Of a DNA stretch of 49,970 bases, positions 47,189 to 49,970 are shown in pieces. Position numbers and translations under genes: made by a program. This DNA comes from an uncultured Polynucleobacter sp. (GTDB lineage Bacteria > Pseudomonadota > Gammaproteobacteria > Burkholderiales > Burkholderiaceae), in contig CAYVBV010000002.1 of the NCBI GenBank assembly GCA_964449745.1, positions 1 through 49,970 of the forward strand. Reading direction: 5' to 3'. Below the pieces are notes generated by a model. The model did no database searches. It had not been told where the DNA came from and saw only the letters and a program-made list of their open reading frames with translations. Within the stretch, counting starts at the first letter, position 1; the number at the start of each line of letters is the position of its first letter.

Positions 47189-47986
47189 CTATTGTTCAAT
47201 TAAGATAAGACTTGCAACTTTATCAATCAGAGGCTGGCTCGCCTTAGTAAATTCATTTCCAAACACGCCATGGTCTATCATACGATGAATAGACTCCGAA
47301 CTAGTTTCATACACTAAGACATCAAAGTAATCTTCATCTAAATCCGCAGCGGCAGAAAAGTTATACTCTCCAAGTTTACTTACACCATATGCGTCAAATA
47401 TCTTATCGCCTTTACCTACATAGACATGTGCCGCTGTAGAGTCCGAAGGATCGTCCTGAGGAACGCCTACGATTACATTAATGCTCGCCTCAGGCGACTG
47501 CTTCTGAATGGAATAAGCTAATGCTGCACACCCGCCAAATTTAAACAAATCTTTCGTCTTATCAGAAAGTTGAGAAAATGACTCCGCAGACTCTACCTCA
47601 GAACGAACATCGTTATATTTATCCGAAGTCAAATCAATCTTATCTTCTTCTTTTTTACCAAAGTAAGGATAATATGCTGCATTGCTTTCGCCATAGCTAT
47701 CTGTGAAAAGCATACAATCTTCTGTGAAGTGGAGATACTCACCTCTCTCTAATCCAGCTAATATGTTAGAGGGAACTTGGAAAGTTCGGCTTTCGCTGGA
47801 AGAGTAAAACTCTGCTAAATCTTCTTTAGAATTCGCCTTATTTACAGAAAGAGTTTGAGCGGTATCTTTAACCAAAGAAATAGGCAGGCTAGGAAGCGGC
47901 GAATTTAACGGAGAGGGCAGGTTTGGTGCACTTGGGATACTTCCCCTAAACTTACCGTCTTTACCTTTAATATACTTTTTCGCCAT
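47189..47986 (-). CDS. Protein with GKDGK leader and possible papain/transglutaminase-like Cys-His-Asp domain
   Basis: MAKKYIKGKDGKFRGS plus Pro-rich linker; FGGCAALA...AHVYV...IFDAYG. Confidence 0.65.
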   Translation of the reverse strand: MAKKYIKGKDGKFRGSIPSAPNLPSPLNSPLPSLPISLVKDTAQTLSVNKANSKEDLAEFYSSSESRTFQVPSNILAGLERGEYLHFTEDCMLFTDSYGESNAAYYPYFGKKEEDKIDLTSDKYNDVRSEVESAESFSQLSDKTKDLFKFGGCAALAYSIQKQSPEASINVIVGVPQDDPSDSTAAHVYVGKGDKIFDAYGVSKLGEYNFSAAADLDEDYFDVLVYETSSESIHRMIDHGVFGNEFTKASQPLIDKVASLILIEQ

Positions 47987-48098
47987 AGATTATATCTAAC
48001 TTATAAGTTCTTATTTGGGAGCCATTCCAATAACATCTATAGGGATGGAATCTGCAAGTGCTTCTGGATTAAGATTATTTATGCTTTGGCTATATTTG

Positions 48099-49058
48099 CT
48101 AAATAAACTTTTGGTCTCGTAGAGACTGTGCAACGGCAGATATAAGAGGAACAGGCACACTATTGCCGAAGACTTGCCATGCTGCGTTTTTCGATTGGGG
48201 GAGAATAAAAGAATCTGGAAACCCCTGAACACGAGCACATTCCCTTGGGGTTAATTTCCTAACTTTACCATTAATGTAATATAACCCAGTTTTAGCACCG
48301 ACACCGCCACCAAAAGCAGATAAGGTAATGGCGTGCCCATTTGGATCGTAAATTCGTTCTCCTTGACGCCCAGCACTAACGCTTCCTATTCTAAGAGTCT
48401 TATTCTGTTTTTTACTGGATAGCTTAGTCAAATCCATAGTGATATCTTTCCTGTTTATGACATACTCGGAAACATCTGCTCCTTTTTCTAATATGTCATT
48501 CACGGACACAAGTTTCTTACTTCCCTCTGGAAACATAAACGAACGGTTGGGGTCAATGTCTTCGCGAAGTCCCACCATTATAAAACGCTCTCTGGCTTGA
48601 GGTACGCCAAAATCGCTTGCAGAGAATAGCTTTCCATAAAAATGGTACCCATGCTTCTCCATAGTGTTTTTAACAGTCAGGATTGTTTTACCATTATCAT
48701 GTTGAGCAAAATTTCTAACATTCTCTAAAAATAATACCTTTGGGCGATGGTATTCAGCGATTCTCATAATATCAAAGAACAATGTTCCTCTGGGGTCCGA
48801 AAAACCATTCTGCTTTCCGCTTATACTAAAAGCCTGGCATGGGAATCCCGCCGCTATCAAATCGTGTGCTGGTATATCTGAAGCTTTAACCGTAGTAATA
48901 TCCCCATGCGGTTTCATTCCATGATTTAACTCATACAATTTAGCGGGGACATCATCCCACTCGCTAACGAAAACACATTCCCCTCCAATTTTATCTAATG
49001 CATAGTGGAACCCACCGATACCAGCGAATAAATCGATAAAATTAAATGAATTTGTCAT
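48099..49058 (-). CDS. C5-cytosine DNA methyltransferase, M.HhaI-like (predicted GCGC), orphan
   Basis: FIDLFAGIGGF, GFPCQAFS, ENV, QARER, GNSV; TRD QGERIY..G.AITLSA.GGG..AKTG closely matches M.HhaI as recalled. Confidence 0.93.
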   Translation of the reverse strand: MTNSFNFIDLFAGIGGFHYALDKIGGECVFVSEWDDVPAKLYELNHGMKPHGDITTVKASDIPAHDLIAAGFPCQAFSISGKQNGFSDPRGTLFFDIMRIAEYHRPKVLFLENVRNFAQHDNGKTILTVKNTMEKHGYHFYGKLFSASDFGVPQARERFIMVGLREDIDPNRSFMFPEGSKKLVSVNDILEKGADVSEYVINRKDITMDLTKLSSKKQNKTLRIGSVSAGRQGERIYDPNGHAITLSAFGGGVGAKTGLYYINGKVRKLTPRECARVQGFPDSFILPQSKNAAWQVFGNSVPVPLISAVAQSLRDQKFI

Positions 49059-49067
49059 ATGATTGTA

Positions 49068-49073
49068 TATCGG
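49068..49073 (-). promoter_or_regulatory. CCGATA motif
   Basis: tCCGATAtacaatcatATG (9 nt, no SD). Confidence 0.75.
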
Positions 49074-49161
49074 AAAGATGAGAAGCCCTTAATTGTTACA
49101 TGGAGAGTCTCAGAAGAGAAAAGAATAAATTAAAAGAAGCTCTCAAAATACTTGCTACATT

Positions 49162-49167
49162 CCGATA
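49162..49167 (+). promoter_or_regulatory. CCGATA motif
   Basis: tCCGATAatacttat, then SD GGAGG and ATG 49194. Confidence 0.7.
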
Positions 49168-49193
49168 ATACTTATACCTAGCCGGAGGTACAA

Positions 49194-49742
49194 ATGAAAA
49201 AGAAAACAAAACTTATTACAGGTTCCATTATAGCGTCGCTAACGTTAGCTTCACTTGGAGCTATAGCCATTACACAGATTAATGCTAAAGCGGAAGAAGA
49301 AAGACTTTACGCATTATATGATAAGAATATTGGAAGTCTTTGCTCAAGTTGGGCAGCTGGAATTGAGAATATAGAGAAAAAAGATTTTTCAACTGCACTT
49401 GAGAACTACCAGAAAACCATGAACGCTTCAGAAGAACTTATTGAATACCATTTTTACTTTCAACTAATCAACGATTCAAATTATCTAACTATAGAACAAT
49501 TGCAGGACTGGGAGACTAACGGTTTTACAGAAGAGAATGAAGGAGAAGAAGTATACAATTTAGTGTTAGAAGGTCAACACACTTTTTACGATGACGCCTA
49601 TTTCTATCTTTGTTCCCCAGAAGCATTAGTAAACGGAATCGAGATAGAGGAAGACCCTAGTGTCTTTCCCTTCTTCTGGGAAGACTGGGTTTACATTGAT
49701 GAGTTAAATGGGGATACCTACTGGGACCCTAGTGTAGGTTAA
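49194..49742 (+). CDS. Secreted or membrane-anchored acidic protein
   Basis: Signal-like N-terminus MKKKTKLITGSIIASLTLASLGAIA; two Cys; acidic. Confidence 0.75.
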   Translation: MKKKTKLITGSIIASLTLASLGAIAITQINAKAEEERLYALYDKNIGSLCSSWAAGIENIEKKDFSTALENYQKTMNASEELIEYHFYFQLINDSNYLTIEQLQDWETNGFTEENEGEEVYNLVLEGQHTFYDDAYFYLCSPEALVNGIEIEEDPSVFPFFWEDWVYIDELNGDTYWDPSVG

Positions 49743-49970
49743 AGCTTAGATTATAAATGTACCTAAGAATGATTTGAAAATTATCGGACGAAATCCTCCC
49801 AACAGATTTTACAGCAGATTAATATAATAATTATATCCGATTTTAAGGCAGCGGATACCAGTAGATACCTAAGTGTTAGCTCTCGATAAAGAGACGTAGT
49901 CCCTCTTCGTGGACAAAATCGCTATTTCTTTGAACGGCTCTTAGTTTTTCAGCTGTGCGAGGTCTGAATA

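Larger units (their letters stand above)
1..49970. mobile_element. Segment of a large actinobacterial extrachromosomal element (megaplasmid or jumbo-phage-like replicon)
   Basis: Host-like recA/dnaB/ssb lack their chromosomal neighbours (recX; rpsF-ssb-rpsR-rplI-dnaB). They are mixed with phage-type genes (dNMP kinase, MoxR-VWA, amidoligases, orphan MTases) and pilus/FtsK genes, with many hypotheticals. Confidence 0.75.

Noticed and set aside
287-48238. Numerous alternative-frame and antisense ORFs in the track (e.g. 287-619, 10061-10510, 10921-11514, 14735-15175, 30430-30960, 32293-33117)
   Set aside because: They overlap well-supported genes on the opposite strand or another frame, are Ser-rich shadows of acidic proteins, and lack RBS and family motifs.
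49782-49842. Further motifs CCGATA (minus, 49782-49787) and CCGATT (plus, 49837-49842)
   Set aside because: The minus copy points antisense into 49194-49742 with no gene, and any target of the plus copy lies beyond the window; neither was counted as a promoter.
1-49970. CRISPR arrays, tRNA/rRNA genes, IS transposases, integrase, capsid/terminase genes
   Set aside because: No repeat-spacer periodicity, cloverleaf signature or corresponding protein motif was seen; intergenic gaps are mostly too short.

Overview
This is a densely coded window, about 41% GC by eye, with roughly 50 genes. RecA, SSB, the SF2 helicase, WhiB and DivIVA are of actinobacterial type, but chromosomal gene order is absent and there are no rRNA, tRNA or ribosomal-protein genes. 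It reads as part of a large extrachromosomal replicon (megaplasmid or jumbo-phage-like element); no capsid, terminase or relaxase is visible. It carries its own replication and recombination genes (helicase, recA, dnaB, ssb, RuvC-like, sbcCD, dNMP kinase), a MoxR-VWA pair, three DNA methyltransferases and dispersed pilus/transfer genes (type IV pilin adhesin, Flp pilin, A24 peptidase, FtsK). Two unexpected systems stand out. (1) A private transcription system: two paralogous FliA/WhiG (sigma28)-like proteins with a novel shared domain, and a strand-oriented CCGATA motif (core of the sigma28 -10 box GCCGATAA) in front of more than 20 genes, often 8-11 nt before an SD-less ATG, while a different gene set has consensus sigma70 promoters. 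(2) A putative amide 'writer/eraser' module: two amidoligases and a gamma-glutamylcyclotransferase-like protein share an undescribed ~100-aa N-terminal M[ST]C domain, alongside a class II glutamine amidotransferase. All calls rest on motif recognition by eye; no searches were run.
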